A stretch of DNA of 64,000 nucleotides from an uncultured Pseudomonadota bacterium. GTDB lineage: Bacteria; Pseudomonadota; Alphaproteobacteria; RF32; CAG-239. The position numbers and the translations under genes are program-made. The stretch covers positions 32,547 to 96,546 of the forward strand of contig CABUUO010000002.1 in assembly GCA_902494875.1 (NCBI GenBank), written 5' to 3'. Below the pieces are notes generated by a model. That model searched no databases and was not told the origin of the DNA. It worked only from the letters and a program-made list of their open reading frames with translations. Numbering within the stretch: position 1 is the first letter of the stretch; each line of letters opens with the position of its first letter. This document shows, one piece after another, positions 38,525 to 48,654 of this stretch.

Positions 38525-39173
38525 TCACCTCGCAGGCTTGGTTAAAAACATCTTCTATACTTAATTTCGAAGTGTCAAAAATAACCGCGTCCGCCGCCGG
38601 CTTCATCGGCGCCGTCGAACGGGTCGCATCCCGCTCGTCACGGGTTTTGACATCAGCCAGAACGTCATTATAATTTACACTCATTCCCCGGGCAACAAAC
38701 TCTTTATAGCGGCGTTCAGCCCGCACTTCCGGCGAAGCGGTGATGAAAAACTTGACATCGGCCTGCGGACAGACGACCGTTCCGGTATCGCGACCGTCAT
38801 AAACCACACCCAAAGCCGGCGTACCGTCGGCAAAAACCGGGGCGGCAGCAAAATCCTGCTGCATTTTCAGCAATGCGGCACGAACAGACGGATAGGCAGA
38901 AACGACCGATGCGTTCTTACCGCCGATTTGAGAACGGAATTCCGGGTGCACGGACAGTTCCATCATCTTGGAAAAAGTCAGACGGCGAGCAACGGCGGTC
39001 GCGGCCGTTTCGCTGTTCAAATCCTGGCCGCTTAAAAACATTTCCAAACCGACGGCACGGTAAACCATCCCGGTGTCAAAATAGGCAAATTTATATTTTT
39101 GGGCCAGACTTGATGCCAGCGTTCCCTTTCCGGCTGCGGCCGGACCGTCAATGGTAATGATCATTTCTCTCAA
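38505..39173 (-). CDS. cmk: Cytidylate kinase
   Basis: IITIDGPAAAGKGTLAS P-loop; full-length similarity to Cmk. Confidence 0.85.
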   Translation of the reverse strand: MREMIITIDGPAAAGKGTLASSLAQKYKFAYFDTGMVYRAVGLEMFLSGQDLNSETAATAVARRLTFSKMMELSVHPEFRSQIGGKNASVVSAYPSVRAALLKMQQDFAAAPVFADGTPALGVVYDGRDTGTVVCPQADVKFFITASPEVRAERRYKEFVARGMSVNYNDVLADVKTRDERDATRSTAPMKPAADAVIFDTSKLSIEDVFNQACEVIDAKKN

Positions 39174-39307
39174 AGCCTTCAGAAAAGTTGATATTTGTAA
39201 CGAAAAGTTTACTTTATCCGCTGTATTATTTGTACTATAATGGTTATTATAAGTATAACAGATTTTACGCTTTATGCAGAATTTTTAGACCTCAAACGGA
39301 GACAACG

Positions 39308-40015
39308 ATGAAACTGCCTCATTTTAAGATTTTGCCGTACACCGCCTTATGCCTGCTTTTGGCAGGGACGCCCCCGGCTCAGGCTGTGGTGGCACAGAGC
39401 GCAAACGATGCGCTGAGCAGCGATATTTTCGTCGGCGGAAAAAAAGACACTTCCAACGCCAAGGCTATTGCCGATTCAAATAAGAAAAACCGAGACGAAG
39501 AGACTCGACGAAAGGCCGATGCGGCAAGAAGGAAAGCCGAAAGAGAAAAACGCGAAGCCGCTCAAAAAGCGTCCGGCGGCACCGTATTTTTGCCGGGAAG
39601 CCAAAGCGTCAACACCCAAAACATCAGTCTTCCGGCGGCAGGCCGAAAGAACAGCGTTTCCGATGCGGATGATGCAGCGGCCGCCGACATCAACAAACAT
39701 TACGCTTCAAAGCTCTTTTCCAGCCTGAGCGGGCACATCACCATCGAACAAAAGAATATTCCCAGAAGAATCAGCGTAACCCAAGGTTCAACCGTTCAGC
39801 TCAATTTGGAAAACGATCCCGATACCCTGTGGTATTTCAGCTTTGACAAAGAGATTGCCAGAATCAAAAGCGACAAAACGTCAGGAAATCTCAGAACAGT
39901 CGTTTTTGAAACGGTCGGCCGCGGCAAGACCAGAATCATCATGGATTACATTTCAACAAAAACTTCCGCTTACAAGGTTATTTTCACCAAGCGGATGTTG
40001 CTTATGGTGGATTGA
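39308..40015 (+). CDS. Secreted Lys/Arg/Glu-rich hypothetical protein
   Basis: Signal peptide MKLPHFKILPYTALCLLLAGTPPAQA. The start was moved to this Met, which has a GGAG ribosome-binding site. Confidence 0.4.
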   Translation: MKLPHFKILPYTALCLLLAGTPPAQAVVAQSANDALSSDIFVGGKKDTSNAKAIADSNKKNRDEETRRKADAARRKAEREKREAAQKASGGTVFLPGSQSVNTQNISLPAAGRKNSVSDADDAAAADINKHYASKLFSSLSGHITIEQKNIPRRISVTQGSTVQLNLENDPDTLWYFSFDKEIARIKSDKTSGNLRTVVFETVGRGKTRIIMDYISTKTSAYKVIFTKRMLLMVD

Positions 40016-40021
40016 CAGACG

Positions 40022-40783
40022 GTGAGAAAAACTCCGAAGGCACGATTATATTATCCGCAGCCCCTGAACAACCGCAGCGAGGCAACGCTCAGCGACGCAC
40101 CGGCGCATTATCTGTTGAACGTGCTGAGAATGAACTGCGGCGACGAAGTCCGGCTCTTTGACGGCAGCAGCGGCGAATATACTGCCCGAATTGAGGCCTG
40201 CGGCAAAAAAAGCTGTATGCTCCGCATTTTGGAAAAAAGCGCCGATTTCAGGCAGTCTCCCGACTTGTGGCTGTTGTTTGCGCCGGTAAAGAAAGACAAG
40301 ACCGACTTTATCATTGCCGGCGCCACCGAACTCGGCGTCCGCAAAATCATACCGACAATTACCAAGAGAACCATCAGTGAAAAAATCAAAAAAGAACGCT
40401 ATGAAGCTCAGGTGATCGAAGCGGCGGAACAATCCCGTCGAACCGACATTCCGCAGGTAGAGGATGCTCAATCGCTGGAAAAGATTTTAAAAAACTGGGA
40501 TTCTGCCCGAATTTTATATTTTATGGACGAGACCGGAAACGGCGGCAGCATCTGTCCGGTCTTTGCCAAAGGGCCGCAAAGCGCGGCGATTTTGGTCGGT
40601 CCGGAGGGCGGATTTGAACCCGGCGAACTGGAAGTGCTCCGCGGCTTGCCTTATGCCCGCGGCGTTTCCATGGGCAGAAGAATTCTGCGGGCGGAAACGG
40701 CCGTGATGGCGGCCTTGTCCTGCTGGCAGGCTTTGTGCGGAGACTGGCCGGAAGACAAACCGGTCGCTTTTGAGGAGAAATGA
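40022..40783 (+). CDS. rsmE: 16S rRNA (uracil1498-N3)-methyltransferase
   Basis: 253 aa with PUA-like N-terminal and SPOUT C-terminal regions (FMDETGNGGSI..., ILVGPEGGFEPGE). GTG start. Confidence 0.65.
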   Translation: MRKTPKARLYYPQPLNNRSEATLSDAPAHYLLNVLRMNCGDEVRLFDGSSGEYTARIEACGKKSCMLRILEKSADFRQSPDLWLLFAPVKKDKTDFIIAGATELGVRKIIPTITKRTISEKIKKERYEAQVIEAAEQSRRTDIPQVEDAQSLEKILKNWDSARILYFMDETGNGGSICPVFAKGPQSAAILVGPEGGFEPGELEVLRGLPYARGVSMGRRILRAETAVMAALSCWQALCGDWPEDKPVAFEEK

Positions 40784-40784
40784 A

Positions 40785-41468
40785 GTGAAAATTTTAGTTG
40801 CCGACGACCATGAACTGTTTCTTAAAGGCCTGGAGCTGATTTTAAGCGACATCGACGAAAACGTAGAACTTACCTTTGCTCACAACTATACCGACATATT
40901 CAACATTATTGAGCAAAAGCAGGACTTTAATCTGGTCTTGACGGATTTGGCAATGCCCGGCGCCAACTGGCTGGAGGCGATAAAAAGAATTCACGAAAAG
41001 CTCCCGGAAACGCCCATCATTATTTTATCCGCCGTTTTTGACAAGGAAATCGTGCAGAAGACCATTGAAATCGGCGCGGCCGGATATGTTCCCAAAACGT
41101 CTTCCAACGCGGTCATCCTCGGCGCGGTCAAACTGGTGCTTTCCGGCGGCGCATATATTCCGCCCGAACTGTTAAACAATTCGCTCAAAAACGAATTTGA
41201 CATCTTAAAACAAGTGGAAACGATTTCTGACGACGAAAGCGTCAGCGAAAACGTCAAAACCCTCACCCCGCGCCAGATTGACGTCATCAGACTCATTGCC
41301 AAAGGCCGCTCCAACAAACAGATTGCCTATGAACTGGGATTGACGGAAGGAACTGTCAAGCTTCACGTTACCGCCATTTTGAAAATCTTCAACGTCTATA
41401 ACCGCACCGGCGCGGTGATGGAAGCCACGCGCCTGGGGCTAATCAAGGAAAACGAAAATGAACATTGA
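40785..41468 (+). CDS. Response regulator, NarL/FixJ (LuxR-type HTH) family
   Basis: Receiver domain (ILVADDH..., with Asp in LTDLAMPG). C-terminal LuxR HTH (LTPRQIDVIRLIAKGRSNKQIAYEL). GTG start with a GAGGAG ribosome-binding site. Confidence 0.8.
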   Translation: MKILVADDHELFLKGLELILSDIDENVELTFAHNYTDIFNIIEQKQDFNLVLTDLAMPGANWLEAIKRIHEKLPETPIIILSAVFDKEIVQKTIEIGAAGYVPKTSSNAVILGAVKLVLSGGAYIPPELLNNSLKNEFDILKQVETISDDESVSENVKTLTPRQIDVIRLIAKGRSNKQIAYELGLTEGTVKLHVTAILKIFNVYNRTGAVMEATRLGLIKENENEH

Positions 41469-41778
41469 CCGCGAAACTCTGGAACAATACAAATCAATTT
41501 TCGGCGCTGAAAAAATGCGGTCCTTATGGAACGACTTTATTGATGATGCCGGAAAAAAGTTGGATAAAATCGAAAATGCGGACAATGAGGCACAGCGGCT
41601 CGCTTACCACAGCCTGCGCTCGTCAAGCCTGGTTTTCGGCCTTAAGGAATTTGCCGAACTGTGCACCGTTTATGAAGACAAAGTACTCGGCGGCGGACGC
41701 ATTACGCCCGACGAGGCCGCGGCCAGCCGCAGGATGCTGAAGCAAAACATTGCCGAAGCGGATACCTATTTGAAATGA
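41458..41778 (+). CDS. Hpt (histidine phosphotransfer) domain protein
   Basis: AYHSLRSSSLVFG matches the Hpt HxLKGSSxxxG motif. 106 aa. It overlaps the 3' end of the response regulator gene. Confidence 0.5.
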   Translation: MNIDRETLEQYKSIFGAEKMRSLWNDFIDDAGKKLDKIENADNEAQRLAYHSLRSSSLVFGLKEFAELCTVYEDKVLGGGRITPDEAAASRRMLKQNIAEADTYLK

Positions 41779-41787
41779 GGTAAAACT

Positions 41788-42516
41788 ATGAGCAGCCCGA
41801 ATACAAACAAAAAACTGCCGGTCTATCTGAAAGAAATTTACGGAGACTTTTACAACAACAAGAAGTTATGCGCCTGGGCCGACAAGCCATGGCTGCGAAC
41901 GCTGTTAAGCCTTGGCAACAATCTGCGGCTGGTCGACGCTTCCCTGCGCGAAATTGCTCAGGGTGACAAGGTTTTGCAGATGGGAGCCACTTTCGGCGAA
42001 CAGATGGACAAGGTTGCCATGCGGGTCAGCCGCTACGGACAATATGACGTTTTGGACGTCAGCAACATTCAGATACGGCGTTGCAAGGAGAAATACGGAA
42101 AACTCTATAGCCAGATGAATTTTATCTGCCAGAACGCCAACACGCCGGTTAAAGGCGATTATGACGTGGTGCTTTTATATATGCTGCTGCATGAGGTTCC
42201 GCATATCCAGAAAGCCAAAATTCTCAAAGCGGCGCTGGACAGCGCACGCGAGGGCGGAAAAGTGGTGGTCATTGATTATCACGAACCGCAGAAATGGCAT
42301 CCGCTGAAATATTTTGCAAGAATGTTCAACCGCCTGTACCAACCTTTTGCCGAAGTTCTGTGGGACCGGGAAATCCCGACTTTTATCAAGGACAAGACAC
42401 CCTACGCTTTCCGGCGGTCGTTGTATTTCGGCGGTATGTATCAAAAGGTCGTCATCGAAAAGAAATATACCGATATGCCGCAGCAGCCGATGCCGGCATA
42501 CAATCCCTGGAACTGA
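41788..42516 (+). CDS. Class I SAM-methyltransferase-fold protein with degenerate motif I (RquA-like candidate)
   Basis: VLQMGATFG in place of the GxGxG motif I. It carries DVVLLYMLLHEVP post-I/II motifs like the UbiE/UbiG family. 242 aa. Confidence 0.4.
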   Translation: MSSPNTNKKLPVYLKEIYGDFYNNKKLCAWADKPWLRTLLSLGNNLRLVDASLREIAQGDKVLQMGATFGEQMDKVAMRVSRYGQYDVLDVSNIQIRRCKEKYGKLYSQMNFICQNANTPVKGDYDVVLLYMLLHEVPHIQKAKILKAALDSAREGGKVVVIDYHEPQKWHPLKYFARMFNRLYQPFAEVLWDREIPTFIKDKTPYAFRRSLYFGGMYQKVVIEKKYTDMPQQPMPAYNPWN

Positions 42517-42759
42517 ATGCCCTGTAACAAAAATTTCATTAAACCGACGGCTACTATATTTTGACAGCAGGCTTAAAATTCGCTATACTGAAAGTGTTAT
42601 TTTAAGTCGTTGTTTATTATTTGTCTTGTTTTCTTTTGCGGAAAACAATGAATTATTATTATAAAAAAACGACTTCATAATCAAAAAAATAAAAAAAATA
42701 AATAGCGGATATGGCTTAAAACACTCAGAACGCCCTCTATTCCATAAAAAATTAAAATT

Positions 42760-43215
42760 ATGAAGACCTTAAAAAAATTTTTCGTAGTTTGTGTCTGTGT
42801 TCTGGGTTTGTCATCTTGCGGAACACTCGGCGGATCGCTTGGTTCAGGAACGGTTGGCGGCGCTTTGACTGACATTTTTGTCGGCAATCTCGGCACCAAC
42901 AATACCCCGATCGGTGACGCGATGGACAACGTTTCCGGACGCTGGTATGACCGTACCCGCAACGCAACCATCACCACCACGGCACAAACGGCAACCAAAG
43001 GTATTTATCAGGTTGCCAACCGTGACGGACGTTATCTGCTTTATCTGGCACCATTCAGCGAGCAGATGAAAGCCATCCCGTATGGTGTCAGCGTTATTCA
43101 GTATAAACCGGCTTTCGACGGCAAAAGGCTTTACTGGAAAGTTAACACCACGCGCGGCGTCTATACCATCAGCCCGGCCAGCGGACAATGGTATGGGAGC
43201 ACGGACAAGTATTAA
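42760..43215 (+). CDS. Lipoprotein, hypothetical
   Basis: Lipobox VLGLSSC followed by Gly-rich linkers. Confidence 0.4.
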   Translation: MKTLKKFFVVCVCVLGLSSCGTLGGSLGSGTVGGALTDIFVGNLGTNNTPIGDAMDNVSGRWYDRTRNATITTTAQTATKGIYQVANRDGRYLLYLAPFSEQMKAIPYGVSVIQYKPAFDGKRLYWKVNTTRGVYTISPASGQWYGSTDKY

Positions 43216-43246
43216 AAAGAAGCACCCTTGTGGTGCTTCTTTTGTT
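43215..43246 (+). terminator. Rho-independent terminator
   Basis: gaagcacc-cttg-tggtgcttc followed by a T-run. Confidence 0.55.
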
Positions 43247-43267
43247 ATTGATTCCATATTAAACCTG

Positions 43268-43465
43268 GATGCCGGACCTGATCCGGCATGACCCAGCGTG
43301 GGCGTGCGGCGCATTATTTTCATGTTGAGCGGAACGAAGTGCAGTCGAAACATCTCAGCCGATTAATATTGCTGAGATGGAGTTCGACAACTACGTTGCT
43401 CACTCACTTCGTTGCTTCACTTCGTTCAGGATGACAGTTTACGTTTGACGGGTTCAGGGTGACAA
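43268..43465. repeat. Intergenic repeat element, copy B (resembles a small non-autonomous mobile element)
   Basis: The same conserved blocks as copy A at 9568-9745. It has an internal cacttcgttgcttcacttcgttc mini-tandem. Confidence 0.6.
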
Positions 43466-43469
43466 TGTT

Positions 43470-43511
43470 AAAAGAAGCCCCAGATTTCGTTGTTGAAATC
43501 TGGGGCTTTTT
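43470..43511. terminator. Terminator downstream of tsf
   Basis: agccccagatttc-gttgttg-aaatctggggct followed by a T-run. Confidence 0.55.
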
Positions 43512-43532
43512 AGTATTGCAAAATTGCGCGGC

Positions 43533-44459
43533 TTATTTATTCAGCTGGGCGGCAACTTCGGCAGCGAAGTCTTCTTCTTTTTTCTGAAGACCTTCGCCCA
43601 AACGGAAGCATACAAAGTCTTTCAAAACAATGTCAGCGCCGAACTCTTTGGCGGCATCGGCAATAACCTGTTTGACTTTCTTGTCAGGATCCATAATGTA
43701 AGCCTGTTCTTCAAGAACAACTTCGTCATAATATTTCTTAATGCGGCCTTCAACCATTTTTTCAACGATATTGGCCGGTTTGCCGGAAGCGGCAGCCTGC
43801 TCGGCAAAGATTGATTTTTCATGTTCGACGGCAGCCGGATCGACATCGGCAATGCTTTTGAACAGCGGCGCAGAAGCGGCAATGTGCATAGCGATATGTT
43901 TGCCGAGTTCTTTCAACTTGGCTTTGTCGGCCGTTGATTCCAAAGCAACCAGAACGCCGATTTTGCCGATGTTGGGACCGGCGGCATTGTGGATGTAAGA
44001 AGCAACCACACCGTCATTGACTTCAACCATGGCGGCACGGCGCAAGCTCATATTTTCGCCGATTTTGGCAATCATATCGGTCAGGCGCTCTTCAAAAGAC
44101 TTGTGAACTTTCGGGCACTGGAAAGTTTTCATGTCGCATACGCTGCCGTTATGCATTAAAGCAACCAAAGCGGCGTCGGCAACATACTCCTGGAAAGTCT
44201 CGTTTTTGGCAACAAAGTCGGTTTCGGAGTTAACTTCAACAATAGCACCTTTGTTACCTTCCACGGCAACCGCGACCAGTCCTTCGGCAGCGATACGGCT
44301 TGCTTTTTTGGCGGCTGAGGCCAAACCTTTTTTGCGCAGCCAGTCAACAGCAGCTTCCATATCCCCGTTGCATTCAGTCAAAGCTTTTTTGCAGTCTAAC
44401 ATACCGGCGCTTGTTGATTCGCGCAGTTCTTTTACCATAGCGGCTGTAATATTTGTCAT
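43533..44459 (-). CDS. tsf: Elongation factor Ts
   Basis: [27 protein letters not shown]... is a canonical EF-Ts N-terminus. 308 aa. Confidence 0.9.
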   Translation of the reverse strand: MTNITAAMVKELRESTSAGMLDCKKALTECNGDMEAAVDWLRKKGLASAAKKASRIAAEGLVAVAVEGNKGAIVEVNSETDFVAKNETFQEYVADAALVALMHNGSVCDMKTFQCPKVHKSFEERLTDMIAKIGENMSLRRAAMVEVNDGVVASYIHNAAGPNIGKIGVLVALESTADKAKLKELGKHIAMHIAASAPLFKSIADVDPAAVEHEKSIFAEQAAASGKPANIVEKMVEGRIKKYYDEVVLEEQAYIMDPDKKVKQVIADAAKEFGADIVLKDFVCFRLGEGLQKKEEDFAAEVAAQLNK

Positions 44460-44566
44460 TAATAAAAATCCCCTTTTGAATTTGAATATGGCGATATTCT
44501 AAGAAACCATCCTTAAAATACCGCCATGATTTTCTTGATAATATCTGAAATTAAAGTCGTCAGAAA

Positions 44567-45370
44567 CTATTCTTCAGTTTTTTCTTCGGCTTTAGCGGCT
44601 TTTTTCGGAGCTCTTTTCTTCGGAGCTTTTTCAGCAGCGGCTTCAACCATTTCTTCGACTTTAACGCCCTGAGCAGCGATTTCGGCGGACATACCGTCCA
44701 AAACTGCGCCGGAAACCAGTTCCGAATAGAATTGGATGGCACGGATCGCATCGTCGTTGCCCGGTACCGGGAAGTCTACGGCATTGGGGTCTGCATTGGT
44801 ATCGCAGATACCGATTACAGGAATGCCCAATTTTTTAGCTTCTTTAATGGCCAGGCTTTCTTTCGGCGTGTCGATAACGAACAGCAGGTCAGGCTGACCG
44901 CCCATATTCATAATGCCGCCGAGTTCCAGAGCCAGTTTTTCCTGTTCTTTTTTCAGGTTCAAAACTTCTTTCTTGGTGTAACCCTCGTAAGAGTTTTTCT
45001 CAGCCATTTCGTTTAATTTAGCAAGGCGGGAGATTGATTTGTAAACAGTCTTCCAGTTGGTGAGCATACCGCCCAGCCAACGGTGGTTTACATAGTACTG
45101 TCCGCAACGCTCGGCGTTTTCCTTGATGATGTCCTGAGCCTGTCTTTTGGTGCCGACAAACAAAACCTTACCGCCGTTGGCAGCGATCTCGCGAGCCGCA
45201 TTCAGGGCAGAATACAGCATCGGGTAGGTTTTCTGCAGGTCGATAATATGAATGTTGTCTTTTTTACCGTAAATGAACGGAGCCATTTTCGGGTTCCAGC
45301 GACGGGCATGGTGACCAAAGTGAACGCCAGCTTCAACCATCTGACGCAATGTAAATGTTGGAATTGTCAT
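44567..45370 (-). CDS. rpsB: 30S ribosomal protein S2
   Basis: GVHFGHHARRWNPKM signature; upstream of tsf. Confidence 0.9.
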   Translation of the reverse strand: MTIPTFTLRQMVEAGVHFGHHARRWNPKMAPFIYGKKDNIHIIDLQKTYPMLYSALNAAREIAANGGKVLFVGTKRQAQDIIKENAERCGQYYVNHRWLGGMLTNWKTVYKSISRLAKLNEMAEKNSYEGYTKKEVLNLKKEQEKLALELGGIMNMGGQPDLLFVIDTPKESLAIKEAKKLGIPVIGICDTNADPNAVDFPVPGNDDAIRAIQFYSELVSGAVLDGMSAEIAAQGVKVEEMVEAAAEKAPKKRAPKKAAKAEEKTEE

Positions 45371-45670
45371 ATTTTTTATCCTATTTTTCCAGTTAAACCT
45401 CCGCAGACTCTGAACCGCTTGCGCGGCACCGGAGCGAAATGAGAAACATTCCGTTTATCTGCGTGTGAATTACGGCGCGACTCAAAAAGGCGCGTCCGGA
45501 ACTCTTTTTATACGTATCTATTGATAAATGCAAGCATTTTTTACGTTCCGGCATAAAAAACGCCGCGGGACAGACGGCGCTTAAAATTTGTTTGTATTTG
45601 CAGTTTATTCCTTGCAAAACCCGCGGAAATACTGTAGTTTATCGCTAAATTTGAAAGTTTTGAGGATAAA

Positions 45671-47662
45671 ATGAGCGATTTATTTGAAACGACAACCGCG
45701 CCCGCAGTCAAGGAATACAGCGCGCAAAGCATTGAGGTTCTGGAAGGACTGGAACCGGTCAGACACCGTCCCGGCATGTATATCGGCGGCACCGACGAAA
45801 CGGCTTTGCACCACCTGGTAGCTGAAATTCTCGACAACTCCATGGACGAGGCGGTGGCCGGTTTTGCCAACCATATCGACGTGACGCTGAATGCCGATTA
45901 TTCGGTTACGATTGCCGACAACGGCCGCGGCATTCCGGTAGACCCGCATCCCAAATATCCAAATATGTCGGCTTTGGAAGTGATTATGACCATGCTGCAT
46001 TCGGGCGGAAAGTTCGGCGGCGGCGCCTATAAGGTTTCCGGCGGTCTGCACGGCGTGGGCCTGTCGGTTGTCAACGCCTTGTCCGAAAAGCTGGTGGTTG
46101 AAATCGCCCGCGACAAGAAGCTTTATCGGCAGGAATATGCCAAAGGCAAGCCGCTGACGGCGCTGGAACTTGTTGGCAACGCTCCCAACCGCCGCGGCAC
46201 GTCCATTACGTTTAAGCCGGATCCGGAAATCTTCGGCGTCAATTCCAACCTGTCGCCGAATCGAATTTACCGCATGGCACGCTCCAAGGCCTTTTTGTTC
46301 AAAGGAATCCTGATTAACTGGAAATGCGCGCCGGAAGTTCTGGGCGAAGGCGAAGCCACGCCGCCGGAAGCGGAGCTGCATTTTCCCAACGGACTGAAAG
46401 ACTTCTTAAATTATCAAATCGGCGCCCGCACCACCATCAACCGCACCATGTTTGCCGGTGATGCCGAACTGGCCAATGACGAAGGCAAAGTCGAGTGGGC
46501 CATTACCTGGCCGGAAGACGAAAGCGGCTTTTGTTACTCTTACTGCAACACGGTTATCACGCCGCAGGGCGGAACGCATGAAATGGGCTTCAAATCCGCT
46601 CTTGTCCGCGGTCTTAAGGAATACGGCGAAATGGCCAACATCAAAAAGGCCGCCGGCATCACCGCCGAAGACTTTTTGAGCGACGCCTGCATTATGCTTT
46701 CGGTTTTTATCCGCGACCCGCAGTTTCAGGGACAAACCAAAGACAAGCTGACTTCCACCAAAGCCATTCGTCTGGTGGAACAGGCGGTTAAGGATTCTTT
46801 CGACCACTGGCTGACTTCCGACACGGAGAACGCCGGCGCTTTGCTGGAATATGTCATTGACCGTGCCGAAGCCCGCAAGAAAAAGAAAGAGGAAAAAGTA
46901 CAGAGCCGCAAGACGCCGACCAAAAAACTGCGTCTGCCCGGCAAACTGGCCGATTGTTCGCAGGCGGCGGCCGAAGGCACCGAAATCTTTATCGTTGAGG
47001 GAGATTCTGCCGGCGGGGCGGCCAAACAGGGCCGTGACCGCTTTACGCAGGCGATTTTGCCTTTGCGCGGAAAAATCCTGAACGTGGCCAGCGCTTCTCT
47101 TGACAAGATTCTGCAAAATCAGGAAATCAAAGACATGTGCGAAGCTTTAGGCTGCGGTGTTAAGGAAAATTACAAGGAAGAGAATCTGCGTTATGAAAAA
47201 ATCATCATCATGACCGATGCCGATGTTGACGGCGCGCATATCGCTTCACTGCTGATGACTTTCTTTTACCAGCAGATGCCGAAACTGATTGAAAACGGGC
47301 ATTTGTTTATCGCCACGCCGCCGTTGTATAAAATCGTGGTCGGCGCCAACAACTATTATGCTTTGGACGATGACGACAAGGACAAAATTCTGGCCAAGGT
47401 GGTGAAAGGCAATCAAAAGCCTGACATCAGCCGCTTCAAAGGTTTGGGAGAAATGAGCGCCCAACAGCTCAAAGAAACCACCATGGACAAGAAAAACCGG
47501 ATGCTTTTGAAAGTTCTGCTGCCCAACACCAATACCGAAGAAGGCAAAGAAGAAGCTTTTGAAACGCGCCGTCAGGTCGAGCGTCTGATGGGCAAGAATC
47601 CGGAAACCCGTTTCAAATTCATTATTGAGCGTGCCAAATTCGTCGACGATTTGGACATTTGA
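45671..47662 (+). CDS. parE: DNA topoisomerase IV subunit B (GyrB/ParE family; length favours ParE)
   Basis: GHKL ATPase motifs (EILDNSMDEA, DNGRGIP, GGLHGVG), a TOPRIM domain (EGDSAGG) and PLRGKILN. 663 aa is too short for GyrB. Confidence 0.75.
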   Translation: MSDLFETTTAPAVKEYSAQSIEVLEGLEPVRHRPGMYIGGTDETALHHLVAEILDNSMDEAVAGFANHIDVTLNADYSVTIADNGRGIPVDPHPKYPNMSALEVIMTMLHSGGKFGGGAYKVSGGLHGVGLSVVNALSEKLVVEIARDKKLYRQEYAKGKPLTALELVGNAPNRRGTSITFKPDPEIFGVNSNLSPNRIYRMARSKAFLFKGILINWKCAPEVLGEGEATPPEAELHFPNGLKDFLNYQIGARTTINRTMFAGDAELANDEGKVEWAITWPEDESGFCYSYCNTVITPQGGTHEMGFKSALVRGLKEYGEMANIKKAAGITAEDFLSDACIMLSVFIRDPQFQGQTKDKLTSTKAIRLVEQAVKDSFDHWLTSDTENAGALLEYVIDRAEARKKKKEEKVQSRKTPTKKLRLPGKLADCSQAAAEGTEIFIVEGDSAGGAAKQGRDRFTQAILPLRGKILNVASASLDKILQNQEIKDMCEALGCGVKENYKEENLRYEKIIIMTDADVDGAHIASLLMTFFYQQMPKLIENGHLFIATPPLYKIVVGANNYYALDDDDKDKILAKVVKGNQKPDISRFKGLGEMSAQQLKETTMDKKNRMLLKVLLPNTNTEEGKEEAFETRRQVERLMGKNPETRFKFIIERAKFVDDLDI

Positions 47663-47703
47663 GCCGGGCGGCCTCTTTATCTATAATGCAGGTTTGACAC
47701 AGC

Positions 47704-48168
47704 ATGATCAGAAAAGCAACAAAGCAAGACACGGACAAGATTATGAAAATCTGGCTGGATGCCTGCGTGAAAGCACATCGTTTCATTAGCGAAGAATTTT
47801 GGAAGGCGCACATGAACGAGGTGCGCGATGTTTATCTGCCGCAGGCCGAAACCTTTGTTTATGAAGACCGCCACCAACTTAAAGGCTTTATCAGCGTGAT
47901 ATTGGACAACTTTATCGGCGCATTGTTCGTCGATACGGAAAACCAAAATCAGGGAATCGGCACCAAGTTGCTGGAATATGTGCGGCAAAACCGCTCTTCG
48001 CTGACCTTAAAAGTATATACACAGAACGAAAAAGCGCTGAATTTTTATCAGAAAAACGACTTTAAAATCGTTGCCGAAAAAAAAGACGAACAGACCGGCG
48101 CCGAAGAACTTATTCTGAGCTGGGCGCAGGGCTGCAAAAACAACCGCCGTCTCAAATCCGGACAATAA
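47704..48168 (+). CDS. GNAT-family N-acetyltransferase
   Basis: 154 aa. Its acetyl-CoA binding motif QNQGIGTKLL fits the Q/RxxGxG/A pattern. Confidence 0.7.
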   Translation: MIRKATKQDTDKIMKIWLDACVKAHRFISEEFWKAHMNEVRDVYLPQAETFVYEDRHQLKGFISVILDNFIGALFVDTENQNQGIGTKLLEYVRQNRSSLTLKVYTQNEKALNFYQKNDFKIVAEKKDEQTGAEELILSWAQGCKNNRRLKSGQ

Positions 48169-48373
48169 ATTTATTTTGATCTTGCAGGCGTTTGATAAAG
48201 TCAAGCGGATCAAAACCGACGGCTTCGGCAATTTTAAGAAATTCTATCAAATCCAGACGGCGCTCGCCTTTTTCATATTTGGAAACATAAGTCTGATTTA
48301 CTCCCAGCTTATCAGCAACCAAAGCTGGGGAAAGCTTTGCCTTTTCCCTTTCGGCCTTCAGCATTTCACGCAT
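48152..48373 (-). CDS. XRE-family helix-turn-helix transcriptional regulator
   Basis: LSPALVADKLGVNQTYVSKYEKGERRLDLIEF is a Cro/cI-type HTH. 73 aa. Confidence 0.6.
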   Translation of the reverse strand: MREMLKAEREKAKLSPALVADKLGVNQTYVSKYEKGERRLDLIEFLKIAEAVGFDPLDFIKRLQDQNKFIVRI

Positions 48374-48538
48374 TTTTTAATATGCAGGAGAATAAATAGA
48401 CTTTGTCATTTAGGTTCTTTTTAAAAGTTTCGCTGGACTTTGCACGCGTTTTGGCGGCGGCCGGAATGTGGAAAATGCATTTGGATGATTAAAAGTGTTG
48501 ACAGAAGCAAAAAGTTTTTTTATATTGCGTTTGTTCTT

Positions 48539-48614
<76 letters not shown>

Positions 48615-48620
48615 ATTCCT

Positions 48621-48648
48621 AAAGCACCGCCAAGCGCGGTGCTTTTTT
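48621..48648 (+). terminator. Terminator between the two tRNA-Ala genes
   Basis: gcaccgc-caa-gcgcggtgc followed by TTTTTT. Confidence 0.5.
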
Positions 48649-48654
48649 ACAAAC

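Noticed and set aside
47704-48373. GNAT acetyltransferase and XRE HTH gene as a GNAT-toxin / antitoxin (TacT/AtaT-like) pair
   Set aside because: The genes are convergent with overlapping 3' ends and are not co-directional or co-transcribed as in known GNAT toxin-antitoxin modules. The small GNAT has a normal acetyl-CoA motif but no specific toxin features I can recognise.
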